64,000 nt of DNA. Source: an uncultured delta proteobacterium (GTDB lineage Bacteria > Myxococcota_A > Polyangia > Fen-1088). A program made the translations under genes and the position numbers. The DNA lies in the NCBI GenBank assembly GCA_963767925.1, contig CAVYGB010000002.1:1888001-1952000 (forward strand), written 5' to 3'. Under the pieces are notes generated by a model. That model searched no databases, was not told where the DNA came from, and was given only the letters and a program-made list of their open reading frames with translations. Shown piece by piece: positions 8,555 through 18,597 of the stretch (its first letter is position 1; each line of letters opens with the position of its first letter).

Positions 8555-11095
8555 ATGGGCGCGGCTCGTGATTCAGCGCGGTCCAACAACGGCGGTCATC
8601 GTGCTCGTACCGCCATCGGCTGGGCTTCAGGTGGTGCGGCTCCGGAGACCGGTGCCGCCCCCGCGGCGACGGCGTCGTCCGAGACAACTGGACCCGGCGT
8701 CGAGGCGCCGCGCGACGGCTACGAGACGGGATCCCGACTGGGGATCAGCCCCGGTGAGGTCTACGAGGCCACCCACGCCCGCCTCCCCGGTCGCTTCGCG
8801 ATCAAGTTCCTGACCCGCGCCAAGGGCGCCACCGGCGCCGCGGTCGAGGACTTCCAGTTCGAGGCCGAGCAGATCTCGATCCTGCGCCACCCCAACATCG
8901 TCGAGGTGATCGAGCTGGGCGTGATGCCGGACGGCACCCCCATCCTCGTCATGGAGCACCTCGAGGGGCGCACCCTCGACGAGCTGCTCTCGCGACGCGG
9001 CCCGATGGCGCTCGGTGAGGTGTTGCCGATCGTGCGCGGAGTCGCCACCGCGCTCGAGGCCGCGCACGGCGTGGGCGTGGTCCACCGCGAGGTGCGGCCG
9101 GACAACGTTTTCATCGCCAACGTGACCGGCTACGAGCAGGGCTTCGTCAAGCTGCTCGACTTCGGCGTGTCGCGCCTGAACGCCGGCCCCAGCCCGGGCA
9201 GCAACCTCGCCACCGCGGCGGTGCACTACCTGTCGCCCGAGCAGGCGCGCGGCCTCACCGCCGAGGTGGACGCCCGCACCGATCAATACGCCCTGGCGGC
9301 GATGGCCTACCGGATGCTGGCCGGGACCGACGCGCACGTCGGCAACGACGCCGTCTCGATCCTCTACCGCATCCTCAACGAGGCGCCCCGCCCGCTGACC
9401 ACGCTGGCCCGGGTCGACACCGGCGTCGACGCCGTCATCCGCAAGGCCATGTCCAGGGACAAGCGCCTCCGCTTCGATTCGGTGTTCGTGTTCGCCAAGG
9501 CGCTCGAGGACGCCGCCTCGGGCAACAGCCGCGCCTTTGGCACCCCCACGCCCCCCGCCTCCCGGGCGGTGACCCCGGCCCCGGTCAGCGCGCCGGAGCG
9601 GGCCGCGCCCGCCCCGGAGCGAGCCGCCGCCGCACCGGAGCGGGCCGCCACCCCGGTCCAGGAGCTGGCCGCCGCGCATTCCGAGCCCCGCTCGGTCCAG
9701 AAGGGCGTCCCGTCCTGGTCGGACTTCCGGGCCATGGTGCTGTCGTCCGACCGCACGCCCGAGCCGGCCGTCGACCCCGATGCGCCCCGCGACGAGCAGG
9801 ACGATGACAAGGAGCCCGCCGAGTGGGAGGCGCGCCCCGAGCCCCGCTCCCGGAAGGAAGAGCGCGAGCTGCGCCGCCTCTCCGGCCACTCCGAGCACGA
9901 CCTGCCGGTGTCGCGGGCCCCCGCCCGCGCCGAGGTCCGCTCCCCCGCGCTCTCCGCACAGGTGACAACCCGGGCCGAGCTCCCCTCGCAGCGAACCCCC
10001 GCCCCGTCGATGTCTCCGGATCGCTCTTCTTCGGACCAGCTGGCATCGTCGGTCTCCTCGGACCGCCTGTCGTCGCGCTCGTCCGACCGCCACCCCCGGC
10101 GGGGCGACAAGCCCTCCTTCCGCGACACCCTGAGCGAACGCTTCTTCGCCGACGGCGACCGCAAGGGCGAAGAGGGCAGCTGGACCGCCGCCGACCTCGA
10201 CGACCAGCGCCCCGAAGGCGCCGACCAGTTCGACGACTTCGACGCCATCCCCCGCCGCCGCTGGCCGATGTACATCGGCCTGGCCATGGTCGCCGCCCTC
10301 GTCCCCGTCGTCGTGACCATCTGGCCCGACATCCAGGAGACCTTCTTTTCTTCGCGCCCCTCGTCCTTCTGGTCCGACACGACCCGCACCGGCGAGACGA
10401 TCCTCCCCACAACGGTCCCCGGCGCCCCCGCTCAAGCCGCCGCCATCCCCCTGGCCGTGGACACCCCCACCGCCGCCGAGACCGCCGCCGCCAGGCTCCC
10501 CCCCGGCGCCGCCGCCACAAACCCCACGTCTCCGCCGAGCAACACCCGCACCCCCGCCGGCACCACCCCCGCCGCCCCCATCCCCCCCACCCGCCCAGCA
10601 GCCGGGCTACCCGCCCCCCACTCCGCGGCCACCTCCCCCGCCGGCAGCGCCCCGTCCACCGCCGCTGCCCCCTCGACCGGCATCGACACCGCCACTCCGA
10701 CCGGCGCCGCCGCCCCCTCGACCGGCATCGGCACCGCCACTCCGACCGGCGCCGCCGCCCCCATCACCTCCGGCTGGGGCCTCCCCTCCACCCCACCCCC
10801 CGCCGTCGCCCCCGAGCTCCCGCCCCCCGCCCAGCCGAGCGCCGCCCAACCCACCCCCACTTGGCTCCCGTCGTCCCCCACCCCCGCCCCCCCCACCGGC
10901 GGCTGGGCCAACCAACCCGCGCCCACTCAACCCATCCCCGCGGCCCCCACCCAACCCTCCGCCTCCGCCGCCTGGGGCTCCCCCGCCCCTCAGCAACCCG
11001 CCGCCGCCCCCGCCCCCCGCGAGCGCACCGGCGACGTCCCCCTCCGCGGCTACGTCTGGTCCCCCAAAGAACGCCGCCTCGTCCCCGCCCAGTAG
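8555..11095 (+). CDS. Hanks-type Ser/Thr kinase-like membrane protein (probable pseudokinase)
   Basis: AIK, LRHPNIV, VKLLDFG, YLSPEQ, D.RTDQYAL; catalytic loop reads HREVRPDN; one TM segment then Pro/Thr/Ala-rich tail; AAAGGA RBS before ATG 8555. Confidence 0.88.
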   Translation: MGAARDSARSNNGGHRARTAIGWASGGAAPETGAAPAATASSETTGPGVEAPRDGYETGSRLGISPGEVYEATHARLPGRFAIKFLTRAKGATGAAVEDFQFEAEQISILRHPNIVEVIELGVMPDGTPILVMEHLEGRTLDELLSRRGPMALGEVLPIVRGVATALEAAHGVGVVHREVRPDNVFIANVTGYEQGFVKLLDFGVSRLNAGPSPGSNLATAAVHYLSPEQARGLTAEVDARTDQYALAAMAYRMLAGTDAHVGNDAVSILYRILNEAPRPLTTLARVDTGVDAVIRKAMSRDKRLRFDSVFVFAKALEDAASGNSRAFGTPTPPASRAVTPAPVSAPERAAPAPERAAAAPERAATPVQELAAAHSEPRSVQKGVPSWSDFRAMVLSSDRTPEPAVDPDAPRDEQDDDKEPAEWEARPEPRSRKEERELRRLSGHSEHDLPVSRAPARAEVRSPALSAQVTTRAELPSQRTPAPSMSPDRSSSDQLASSVSSDRLSSRSSDRHPRRGDKPSFRDTLSERFFADGDRKGEEGSWTAADLDDQRPEGADQFDDFDAIPRRRWPMYIGLAMVAALVPVVVTIWPDIQETFFSSRPSSFWSDTTRTGETILPTTVPGAPAQAAAIPLAVDTPTAAETAAARLPPGAAATNPTSPPSNTRTPAGTTPAAPIPPTRPAAGLPAPHSAATSPAGSAPSTAAAPSTGIDTATPTGAAAPSTGIGTATPTGAAAPITSGWGLPSTPPPAVAPELPPPAQPSAAQPTPTWLPSSPTPAPPTGGWANQPAPTQPIPAAPTQPSASAAWGSPAPQQPAAAPAPRERTGDVPLRGYVWSPKERRLVPAQ

Positions 11096-11188
11096 CGAGC
11101 CTCCCGCCCCTCTCCGCCTTGCCAAGGAAGGCCCCGGCAGAGGGGGCGTTCCTCGCCGTGGAGGGCAGCGCCCGGACCCGGCAACGGC

Positions 11189-11245
11189 CCCCCTCACCCT
11201 GACCCTCTCCCCCCAGCCGCAGACGGCCGTGGGGAGAGGGCAAAC
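11189..11245. repeat. REP-like extragenic palindrome
   Basis: CCCCTCACCCTGACCCTCTCCCCCAGCCGCAGACGGCCGTGGGGAGAGGGCAAAC. Confidence 0.75.
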
Positions 11246-11347
11246 AGCCAGCGGGTAGTCGCCCAAATCACCCGCCGCTCGCCCAGGCATCGACGCAGGA
11301 AGGCCCGGCCCCCAGCAGCCGCTCGCCAGGCCGCCGACGCGAGCGGA

Positions 11348-11495
11348 GCGCAGGGGAGGGGAGGACCTGGCCGGGGGCGAGTGGAGGCGCGCACTTCGCG
11401 TCTGCGCGAAGTCGCCAGCGCCGAACAGAGGGGCGAGCGCGAAGCGCTGTAAGCCCCGGCGAGCCCCCGGGCAAGACCTCCCCTCCCCGAAGCGC
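11348..11495. repeat. Long imperfect inverted repeat (about 150 bp hairpin)
   Basis: GGGGAGGGGAGG...CCGGGGGC (11348-11378) pairs with GCCCCCGG...CCTCCCCTCCCC (11463-11495). Confidence 0.6.
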
Positions 11496-11595
11496 AGCGC
11501 CCCCACGCATCCGCGATAGCCAGCGCCCTGGAGCTGGGCGGCCACCTGGGCCCGACCCGACGCTCCCCGACTCGACAAAACCCTCGCCCCGCCCG

Positions 11596-11642
11596 AAAAA
11601 AGAAAAGCGCCAGGCTCCCGGGTGCCCCGGAGTGCCTGGCGC
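11596..11642 (-). terminator. Rho-independent terminator after the OmpA-family gene
   Basis: GCGCCAGG...CCTGGCGC stem followed on the minus strand by TTTTCTTTTTT. Confidence 0.7.
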
Positions 11643-11707
11643 GTGTGGATTTGGATTCGTCTTCGGCGCTTGCCTGCTCTGGGCTGGCCGACCGACCCGG
11701 ACGCGCC

Positions 11708-12427
11708 CTAGCGGGCGGCGGCCTGCTGCTGCTCTATGAGCCTGTCATCCGCCTTCGCCGCCTTCGCATCCCGCTCCCGCAGGTCCTCATTCGGCGCGAT
11801 GTGCACCTCGACCCGCCGGTTCTTCTGTCGCCCATCGTCGGTAGAATTGCTGGCCACCGGCCGATCGTAAGCGTACCCCCGCGGCGTCAACCGGTCCTTG
11901 TTCACCCCCCGCGCCGCCATGTATTCGACGACGACCTCCGCCCGCTGCAGCGAGAGCTTCTCATTCAGCTCCCGCGGCCCCGTGCTGTCGGTGTGCCCTT
12001 CGATGGCGAGATCCGTCTCCGAATACCGCTTGAGCACCTCGCCGAACTCATCGAGGTCCTTCTTGGCACTCGGCCGCAACGACGCCTCCCCCGTATCGAA
12101 GAGGATCGCCGAGTTGAACTCCACGACGAGCTTGTCGCCCGCCCGGACCACCCGCGCCGACTCCACCTCCTTGCGGAGCTCCTTCTCCTGGTTGTCCATG
12201 TAGCGCCCCACCAGCGTCCCGGCAGTGGCGCCAACGACGGCACCCACCCCCGCGCCAACGAGCGCCCCCTTCTTGCCGCCGGCCGCGGCGCCAACGCCCG
12301 CCCCGACAGCCGCACCACCACCAGCGCCCACCGCCGCCCCGGTCTTCTGCCGGGAGGCGCAGCCGCCCACTACGAGAGCCATCGACACTGCCAGGGCCAC
12401 GCGGCCCGCTCGGTTTGGATTTGACAC
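11708..12427 (-). CDS. OmpA-family lipoprotein with glycine zipper (YiaD-like)
   Basis: Lipobox VVGGC, Gly zipper, ILFDTG, IEGHTDSTG, N.KLS..RA, NRRVE. Confidence 0.92.
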   Translation of the reverse strand: MSNPNRAGRVALAVSMALVVGGCASRQKTGAAVGAGGGAAVGAGVGAAAGGKKGALVGAGVGAVVGATAGTLVGRYMDNQEKELRKEVESARVVRAGDKLVVEFNSAILFDTGEASLRPSAKKDLDEFGEVLKRYSETDLAIEGHTDSTGPRELNEKLSLQRAEVVVEYMAARGVNKDRLTPRGYAYDRPVASNSTDDGRQKNRRVEVHIAPNEDLRERDAKAAKADDRLIEQQQAAAR

Positions 12428-12561
12428 CTGCGCACCCTCCTTTGGACTAAGGCGTTCCTTCAGATCGTTCAGGTCTTCACTGACAATCTGGGTCCGGTTC
12501 GCCGCGGCACCAGACGCGCGGCGTGAAGGGTGCGAAGGTGGCTGACGGGTGGAGGCGGCTC

Positions 12562-14028
12562 TCAGGAGTTCTGGGGAACGGTGAACCCCTTACGTGGCTT
12601 CCGGGAGAGCAGGGCGTTCGCCTCGGACGGTCCCTTGCTGAAGGTCTCCGTCTTGGGGTCGACGCTCAGCGCGGCGCCGAGCTTGAACTGGGTCTTGTCG
12701 AGCGGCACGCCGTTGTCGGCCAGGTGCTTCTCGAAGCGGCCGAAGGCCTCCTCCGACTCGCGGATCTTGGCCAGCTCGGTCGGCTTCTTGCCGAGGGGCG
12801 CGTTCTTGCCCAGCCGGTAGGAGATGTTGCCGAGGTGGCAGAGGGCCGCCGAGAGGTGCCCCTCCTCGATGTCCGCCGTGAGGTCGGTGTGCTTGCGCGA
12901 GCGCACCGCCTTGACGAAGTTGTCGAAGTGGTCGGCGTCGCCGCTGAAGCTGGTCACCTTCTCCCCCTTGAGGTCGAAGATGGTGCCGCTCGAGTAGCTG
13001 TTGCTGACCGCGTAGCCCTCGGTGCCGTGGAAGATGTTGCCGACCTTGGCCCCCTTGAAGTTGTCGGTCTTGAGGCCCCGCACCTCGAACACGAGCTGGG
13101 CGTCGCCGTAGTCGTAAAAGCAGATCTGGCTGTTGGGCGTCTCGCCGTCGTCGACGTAGCCGAAGCGTCCGCCCAGCCCGACCACCGAGGTCGGCAAGGT
13201 GGTCTTGCCGAGGCCCCAGCGGGCCTTGTCCATCTCGTGCACGCCCTGGTTGCCGATGTCGCCGTTGCCGTACTCCCACTGCCAGTGCCAGTCGTAGTGG
13301 AACTGCTCGCGGGGGACGTCCTTGCGAGCGGCGGCCGGGCCCAGCCACAGGTCGTAGTTCACGGTCGAGGGCGGCTTGCCGGCCGCGGCCACCTTGCCGA
13401 TGCTCTGGCGGCCCTTGTAGCAGAGGCCGCGCGCCACCGTGACCTTGCCCAGCTTGCCCGAGCGGACGTAGTCGATGAACTGGCGCATGCCCGGGTTGCT
13501 GCGGCTCTGCGAGCCGGTCTGCACGATGCGCCCGTGCTTGCGGGCGAACTGCACCACCATGCGCCCCTCGTGGACGTTGTGGCTGACCGGCTTCTCCAGG
13601 TAGACGTCCTTGCCGGCCTGGACCGCCCAGATCGCCGACAGGGAGTGCCAGTGGTTGGGCGTCGCCACCGTGATGATGTCGATCGACTTGTCCTCGAGCA
13701 CGCGGCGCAGGTCCTGCTGGAAGGCGGGGGCCTTGCCGGTCTTGCCCTCGACGTGCTGCTTGGCCTTGGCGAAGGTGCTGTCGTCGACGTCGCAGATCAT
13801 CGCCACCTCGGTGTCCGGTCGCCCGGAGAAGGCGCGCACGTGCGACATGCCGCGGCCGTTGACTCCGACCACGCAGACGCGCAGGCGATCGCTGGGCGCC
13901 GCCTTCTTTGCCGCCTCTTTTGCGGCCTCCTGGGCGCGCGCGCCGCGGGGGGTGGCCGCGGCCGCGACCGCCGCCGCGGTGGCGAACATGGAGTCTTCCA
14001 GGAAACGACGACGGGTAAAGCGCGACAT
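12562..14028 (-). CDS. Tat-exported Gfo/Idh/MocA family oxidoreductase
   Basis: TRRRFLE Tat motif, VVGVNGRG, ATPNHWH, GKDVYLEKP, GDIGNQGVHEMD. Confidence 0.92.
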   Translation of the reverse strand: MSRFTRRRFLEDSMFATAAAVAAAATPRGARAQEAAKEAAKKAAPSDRLRVCVVGVNGRGMSHVRAFSGRPDTEVAMICDVDDSTFAKAKQHVEGKTGKAPAFQQDLRRVLEDKSIDIITVATPNHWHSLSAIWAVQAGKDVYLEKPVSHNVHEGRMVVQFARKHGRIVQTGSQSRSNPGMRQFIDYVRSGKLGKVTVARGLCYKGRQSIGKVAAAGKPPSTVNYDLWLGPAAARKDVPREQFHYDWHWQWEYGNGDIGNQGVHEMDKARWGLGKTTLPTSVVGLGGRFGYVDDGETPNSQICFYDYGDAQLVFEVRGLKTDNFKGAKVGNIFHGTEGYAVSNSYSSGTIFDLKGEKVTSFSGDADHFDNFVKAVRSRKHTDLTADIEEGHLSAALCHLGNISYRLGKNAPLGKKPTELAKIRESEEAFGRFEKHLADNGVPLDKTQFKLGAALSVDPKTETFSKGPSEANALLSRKPRKGFTVPQNS

Positions 14029-14188
14029 GGGTGACCTCCTCCGGGTGGCAATCCAGCAATCACCCGACGAGGGTCAGCGCCCTTTGGGGTGAGCTACGTT
14101 AGATACACCCCTTCAACCGCGGCAGTTGAGGAAATCGATGGCGTCGGCCCGACGGAGACCGCGCCGATCCGCGCAGCGTGAAAACGGT

Positions 14189-15022
14189 TCAGTGCAGGTG
14201 GCGGAAATCGGGATGGCGCATCAGCGAGACCGCGAGGTTCTGCTGCGTCGACTGCTCGATCCACGCCACCACGCGCGATTGGCTGAGGTACATCTGCGCC
14301 ATCATCAGCGAGACGGTCACCAGCGCGACCGCGCCGCTCAGCCGCAGGACCGCCCGCCCGCTGCCGCCGGCCTGCGCCGCCACCGCGGCCAGGGCCGGGG
14401 TCCCCTCGTCCGCCGCGCCCGCCATCTCGTTCAGCCCCTGCAGGCCCCGATCGACCCCCCGCCCGAGCGGCAGCCGGATCCGTCCCCACAGCCCGCTCGC
14501 CCAGCGGCGCAAGCAGGCCAGGCGGGGCGAGATCGCCGCCAGCACCAGCGGCATGAAATACACCAGCTCGACCGCGATGACCTCCAGCCCGCGCTTGCTG
14601 AAGAACTCGACCCCCGTGGGCGCGGGCGGGATCGGCCGCCAGGGGAAGGTCACGCGCACCTCCTCGAACGGCCAGAAGAAGGGAATCCCTCGGGTCCGGT
14701 AGGTCATGGCATCGAGGATCCCGTGGCTGGTGACGGCCAGGAAGGCGAGCACCGCCGTGAACCAGGGCCGGGTCCCCCACTTGCGCGCGACAAGGAAGGC
14801 GACCCCCGCGACCGCGGTCGCGAAGAGCAGCGAGTGGGAGTAACCACGGTGCCCGTAATAACTGTGATCGTGCAGACCAAACGAGAGGCCCAGGACGTCG
14901 GCGTCCGGCAGCAGCGCCAGACCCGCGAACGTGGTCATGGCGACCGCTTGCTCGCGCCCAGAACGCGCCTCGTACGCCCTCCCCAACAGGAACCCAACCG
15001 CGAGGTGTCCGATGCTAGCCAC
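14189..15022 (-). CDS. Metal-dependent hydrolase (YdjM-like inner membrane protein)
   Basis: ALLPDADV, GHRGYSHSLLFA, SHGILDAMT, FFWPF. Confidence 0.85.
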   Translation of the reverse strand: MASIGHLAVGFLLGRAYEARSGREQAVAMTTFAGLALLPDADVLGLSFGLHDHSYYGHRGYSHSLLFATAVAGVAFLVARKWGTRPWFTAVLAFLAVTSHGILDAMTYRTRGIPFFWPFEEVRVTFPWRPIPPAPTGVEFFSKRGLEVIAVELVYFMPLVLAAISPRLACLRRWASGLWGRIRLPLGRGVDRGLQGLNEMAGAADEGTPALAAVAAQAGGSGRAVLRLSGAVALVTVSLMMAQMYLSQSRVVAWIEQSTQQNLAVSLMRHPDFRHLH

Positions 15023-15228
15023 CCCTTAGGTTATCACTCGAGTTTTACAGACGCCGGCCAATTGTATTGATTCAAAGACAATCTCAGGACGATCGGTAGT
15101 CCATTGACCACCCATCCCCGTACCGCCACGTACATCTTGACGCAGTAATTGCAGCCACTTACGGGCCCTGACGCACGCCTCGGGACCTCAGCGGTAGATG
15201 TCCTTTCTCAGTCGTGGGCGCGCCCGGA

Positions 15229-15395
15229 CCCCTCACCCCCTCCCTCTCCCCGCGGCAGACCGCGGGGCGAGGGCGAACGATCCCCAGGTCCCACGATCCT
15301 CACCCTCGAGGATCCAGATCGGATCCACCTCGATTCCCGCTCGCCCCTGCCGGGTCGCCCTCGCCCCGCGCAGCGGGGAGAGGGAGGGTGAGGGG
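15229..15395. repeat. Inverted REP doublet with unique spacer
   Basis: CCCCTCACCCCCTCCCTCTCCCCGCGG...GGGGCGAGGG and a reverse copy ending GGGAGGGTGAGGGG. Confidence 0.75.
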
Positions 15396-15407
15396 TCTCC
15401 GGGCGCG

Positions 15408-16664
15408 CTAGCTGCCGGGCAACCAGAGGCCCGAGGGGGTGACGGCCGCGCGCAGCTCGACGCCCTCGACGTCCATCTGCGAGCCCTCCCCCCGCCGGGT
15501 GGCCTGGTAACGCTTCCAGGTCCAGGCCGCCTGGGCGCCGAGGCGAAACGCCTTGGGCACCCGCTCGCGCAGCGACCCCACCCCCAGCGGCAGGATCTGC
15601 CGCCCGGTGGGCCGCTCGCTGCCCGACCGGTCCAGCGCGGTCGGGCGGCTGAGCACGTCCGAGGTGAGCGCGACGACCTCCGCCGCCCCGGCGAGCGCGT
15701 TGAGGTGGTCCTGCTGCACGCGCAGCCCCAGCTCCGCCCAGGCCGTCGACCAGCGCGCCTCGCGGGCCTGGCTCATGGCCCCGAACCGTTGATCGTGCCG
15801 GCGCTCGGCGTAGGTCCGCTGCGGCCAGGCGAGCTGGGTGAGCACGCAGCTCTCGACCAGGAGGTCGGGCCGCTCGCTCGCCGGGAGCAGCCGGGGCAGG
15901 CCTGCCAGCCGGTAGGACCGGCACAGCTCCGCGACCTTCGCCTCCACCTCCTCGGCGCTGCCGGGGCCCTCGAAGATGGCGTCGAGGCCCCGCACCAGCG
16001 TCCCGTTGATGCCGGTGAGGTCCACGACCCGGGTCTCGACGCGGGCCCGCACGCCGGGGTCCTTGAAGGTGGCGGCCACCGTCTCGTCGAGCGCGGCCCC
16101 GTCGATGTCGACCAGCACCACCCGCTCGAAGGCGGCGGCCAGCGCCGGCAGGGGCAGGTCGAAGGCCCGCCCGGCGCCGAACACGACCACCTGCTTGCGG
16201 CCGCTGCAGCTGGCGATGGCCTGCTCGATGAACGCCCGGTTCTTCTGGCCGTGGGCCCACCAGCCCTCGCGGTTCTCGCGCTGGGCTCCGCTGATGCCCA
16301 CCGAGGTCTCGCGAAAGCCCAGCTTGGCGAAGGCGTCGGCGTCGACCGCCGGCTCGAAGGGCCAGGCCGCCGCGGGCGCCTGCGGCCGGCCGGCCAGCAC
16401 GGTCAGCAGGTCCCCCACGTTGCAGTCGGGCGCCTTGCCGGCGAGCTGGAACATCGCCCGCCCGAAGGTCATCAGGTGGTCGAACTGCTCGTCCCGCCAG
16501 CTCGCCGCCCCCGACAGCGCCTCCCGCAGCGGCCGGAAGTCGGCCGCGGCCAGGGGAGGCGAGCGGGCGATGCTCAGCTCCCCCGCGTACCAGGCCAGCG
16601 AGCGCTCCACCGCCACGCGGGAGGCGGCCAGGGCCGCGTCATCGGCGTTCGAGCGGGGCGTCAC
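15408..16664 (-). CDS. Hypothetical protein with a Rossmann methyltransferase-like domain (start uncertain; ORF open to 16739)
   Basis: VVVFGAGRAFDLPL..LA..F..V.LVDID; paralogous to 35935-36867. Confidence 0.65.
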   Translation of the reverse strand: MTPRSNADDAALAASRVAVERSLAWYAGELSIARSPPLAAADFRPLREALSGAASWRDEQFDHLMTFGRAMFQLAGKAPDCNVGDLLTVLAGRPQAPAAAWPFEPAVDADAFAKLGFRETSVGISGAQRENREGWWAHGQKNRAFIEQAIASCSGRKQVVVFGAGRAFDLPLPALAAAFERVVLVDIDGAALDETVAATFKDPGVRARVETRVVDLTGINGTLVRGLDAIFEGPGSAEEVEAKVAELCRSYRLAGLPRLLPASERPDLLVESCVLTQLAWPQRTYAERRHDQRFGAMSQAREARWSTAWAELGLRVQQDHLNALAGAAEVVALTSDVLSRPTALDRSGSERPTGRQILPLGVGSLRERVPKAFRLGAQAAWTWKRYQATRRGEGSQMDVEGVELRAAVTPSGLWLPGS

Positions 16665-16845
16665 GGCTGGCAATCTAACACCCCTCGCGGGGCCTGCTGT
16701 CCGGTCGCCGCCGTCTGCCGCCGCCCTGGTGGCCGGCACGAAGATATATCGTCATTCGTTGGTGCGTTTTGTGAGCGGCTCCCCGCGGCGGACCTCACTC
16801 ATTCTATAGTTCTCTACTGCGCTCAACTCCGGAGGACCCCCTGAC

Positions 16846-18597
16846 ATGACGCCTCTGACGTTGCCGCTCGCTCGCGCGACGCGGTTTTCTTACCTTTATG
16901 GGCTGGCCGTGGCCGGCGCCCTGGTTGCGACTGGCTGTACCGGTGGCATCGGGGAATCGCCCGGCGGCTCGACCCCCGGCGTCACCGACCCCGCCACGGG
17001 CCGGCCGCCCACCGCCGTTCCTCCGGGCGGGCAACCCCCCTCGACAAGTCCGACCCCGGTCACTCCGGGGGCCTCGCTGGACGTCGCCGCCTCGGGGATG
17101 CGGCGGCTGACCGCCGAGCAATACCGGAACACGGTCCGGGACCTGCTGAAGATGCCCGAGGTCCACACGCTGGTCTCGCCCTCGGCCCTGCCGGGCGACG
17201 GCGCCCTGGCCGATCGGTTCACCAGCAACTCGGCCACGTCGCTGCAGGGGCTCGACGCGGACAAATACGCCGACCTGGCCGACATGCTGGCCCGCAAGGC
17301 GACGACCAACCTCGCCACCCTCGTGAGCTGCGCCAGCATGGACGCCACCTGCGCCGGCAGCTTCATCGAGAGCTTCGGCAAGCGGGCCTTCCGCCGCCCG
17401 CTCACCGACGTCGAGAAGGCGCGCTACCAGAAGGTGTTCGCCGCCGGCGGCGACTTTGCCAGCGGCATCCGCCTCGTGGTGCAGACCTTCTTGCAGTCGC
17501 CCAAGTTCGTCTACCTGGTCGAGCTCGTCCCGGCCGACGGCGCCGGCAAGGTCTACGAGGTGGATAGCTGGTCGATGGCCTCGCGCCTCTCGTATTTCTT
17601 CCTCGCCAGCATGCCCGACGACGCGCTCTTCGCCGCCGCCGAGGCCGGGCAGCTCGAGACGCCCGATCAGATCGGCCAGCAGGCCACCCGCCTGATGGGC
17701 GACGCCCGCTTCCGCGAGACCATGACCCTCTTCCACAACGAGTGGCTGGAGATGGAGCAGCTCGGCAGCGCGGAGAAGGACGCCATGGCCTTCCCGATCT
17801 GGACGCCCGAGCTGAAGGCCGACCTGCAGGAGCAGACCTACCGCTTCCTCGACGCCGTCCTGCGCGAGGGCGACGGCAAGGTCGAGACCCTGCTGACCGC
17901 CAGCTTCACCTTCATGAAAGGTGGCCTCTACGATCTCTACGGCCTGCCCAGGCCGGCCGGCGCCGCGGCCAACACCTGGGCCCGGGTCGAGCTCGATCCC
18001 AAGCAGCGGGCCGGCCTCCTCACCCACGCCGGCCTGCTGGCCGGCATGGCCCACGAGGACCGCACCTCGTACATCCTCCGGGGCAAGATGGTGCGCGAGG
18101 CCTTCCTCTGCACCGTGGTGCCGCCGCCCCCGCCCGGCGTCGACGCCAGCGAGAACAACATCCCCGCCACCGCCACCGCCCAGGAGCGGTCGGTCCAGCA
18201 CCGCACCAAGCCCGAGTGCGCGAGCTGCCACGAGCTGTTCGATCCCCTGGGCTTCGCCTTCGAGATCTTCGACAGCGTGGGCCGCTTCCGCACGGTCGAC
18301 GCCGGCGGCCAGGCCATCGACTCCAAGGCGGTCATCGCCGCCACCAGCAAGCTCGACGGCACCGTGGCCGACGCGCTCGAGCTGACCCGCCGCCTCGGCC
18401 CGGCCGAGGAGGTGCGCGGCTGCGTGGCCAAGCAGTGGCTGCGCTTTGCCCTGGGCCGCGAGCCCGACGAGACCGAAGACGCCTCCACCCTGGCGGCGGT
18501 CATGGACTCGACCAACGCCAGCGGGGGGAAGATGTCCGAGATCCTCACCGCGGTCGCCCGCTCCAACGCTTTCCGCCACCTGAAGGTGAAGCCATGA
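16846..18597 (+). CDS. DUF1592/DUF1588/DUF1595/DUF1587-domain lipoprotein with a CxxCH motif
   Basis: RRLT.EQYRNTVRDL, RAFRRPL, LQSPKF.Y, ASRLSYF, RAGLLT, CASCH..FDPLGFAFE. Confidence 0.88.
   Translation: MTPLTLPLARATRFSYLYGLAVAGALVATGCTGGIGESPGGSTPGVTDPATGRPPTAVPPGGQPPSTSPTPVTPGASLDVAASGMRRLTAEQYRNTVRDLLKMPEVHTLVSPSALPGDGALADRFTSNSATSLQGLDADKYADLADMLARKATTNLATLVSCASMDATCAGSFIESFGKRAFRRPLTDVEKARYQKVFAAGGDFASGIRLVVQTFLQSPKFVYLVELVPADGAGKVYEVDSWSMASRLSYFFLASMPDDALFAAAEAGQLETPDQIGQQATRLMGDARFRETMTLFHNEWLEMEQLGSAEKDAMAFPIWTPELKADLQEQTYRFLDAVLREGDGKVETLLTASFTFMKGGLYDLYGLPRPAGAAANTWARVELDPKQRAGLLTHAGLLAGMAHEDRTSYILRGKMVREAFLCTVVPPPPPGVDASENNIPATATAQERSVQHRTKPECASCHELFDPLGFAFEIFDSVGRFRTVDAGGQAIDSKAVIAATSKLDGTVADALELTRRLGPAEEVRGCVAKQWLRFALGREPDETEDASTLAAVMDSTNASGGKMSEILTAVARSNAFRHLKVKP

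Noticed and set aside
15061..15082. Imperfect palindrome ATTGT...TTGA-T-TCAA...ACAAT upstream of the YdjM-like gene
   Set aside because: Plausible operator but does not match a consensus I can name with confidence
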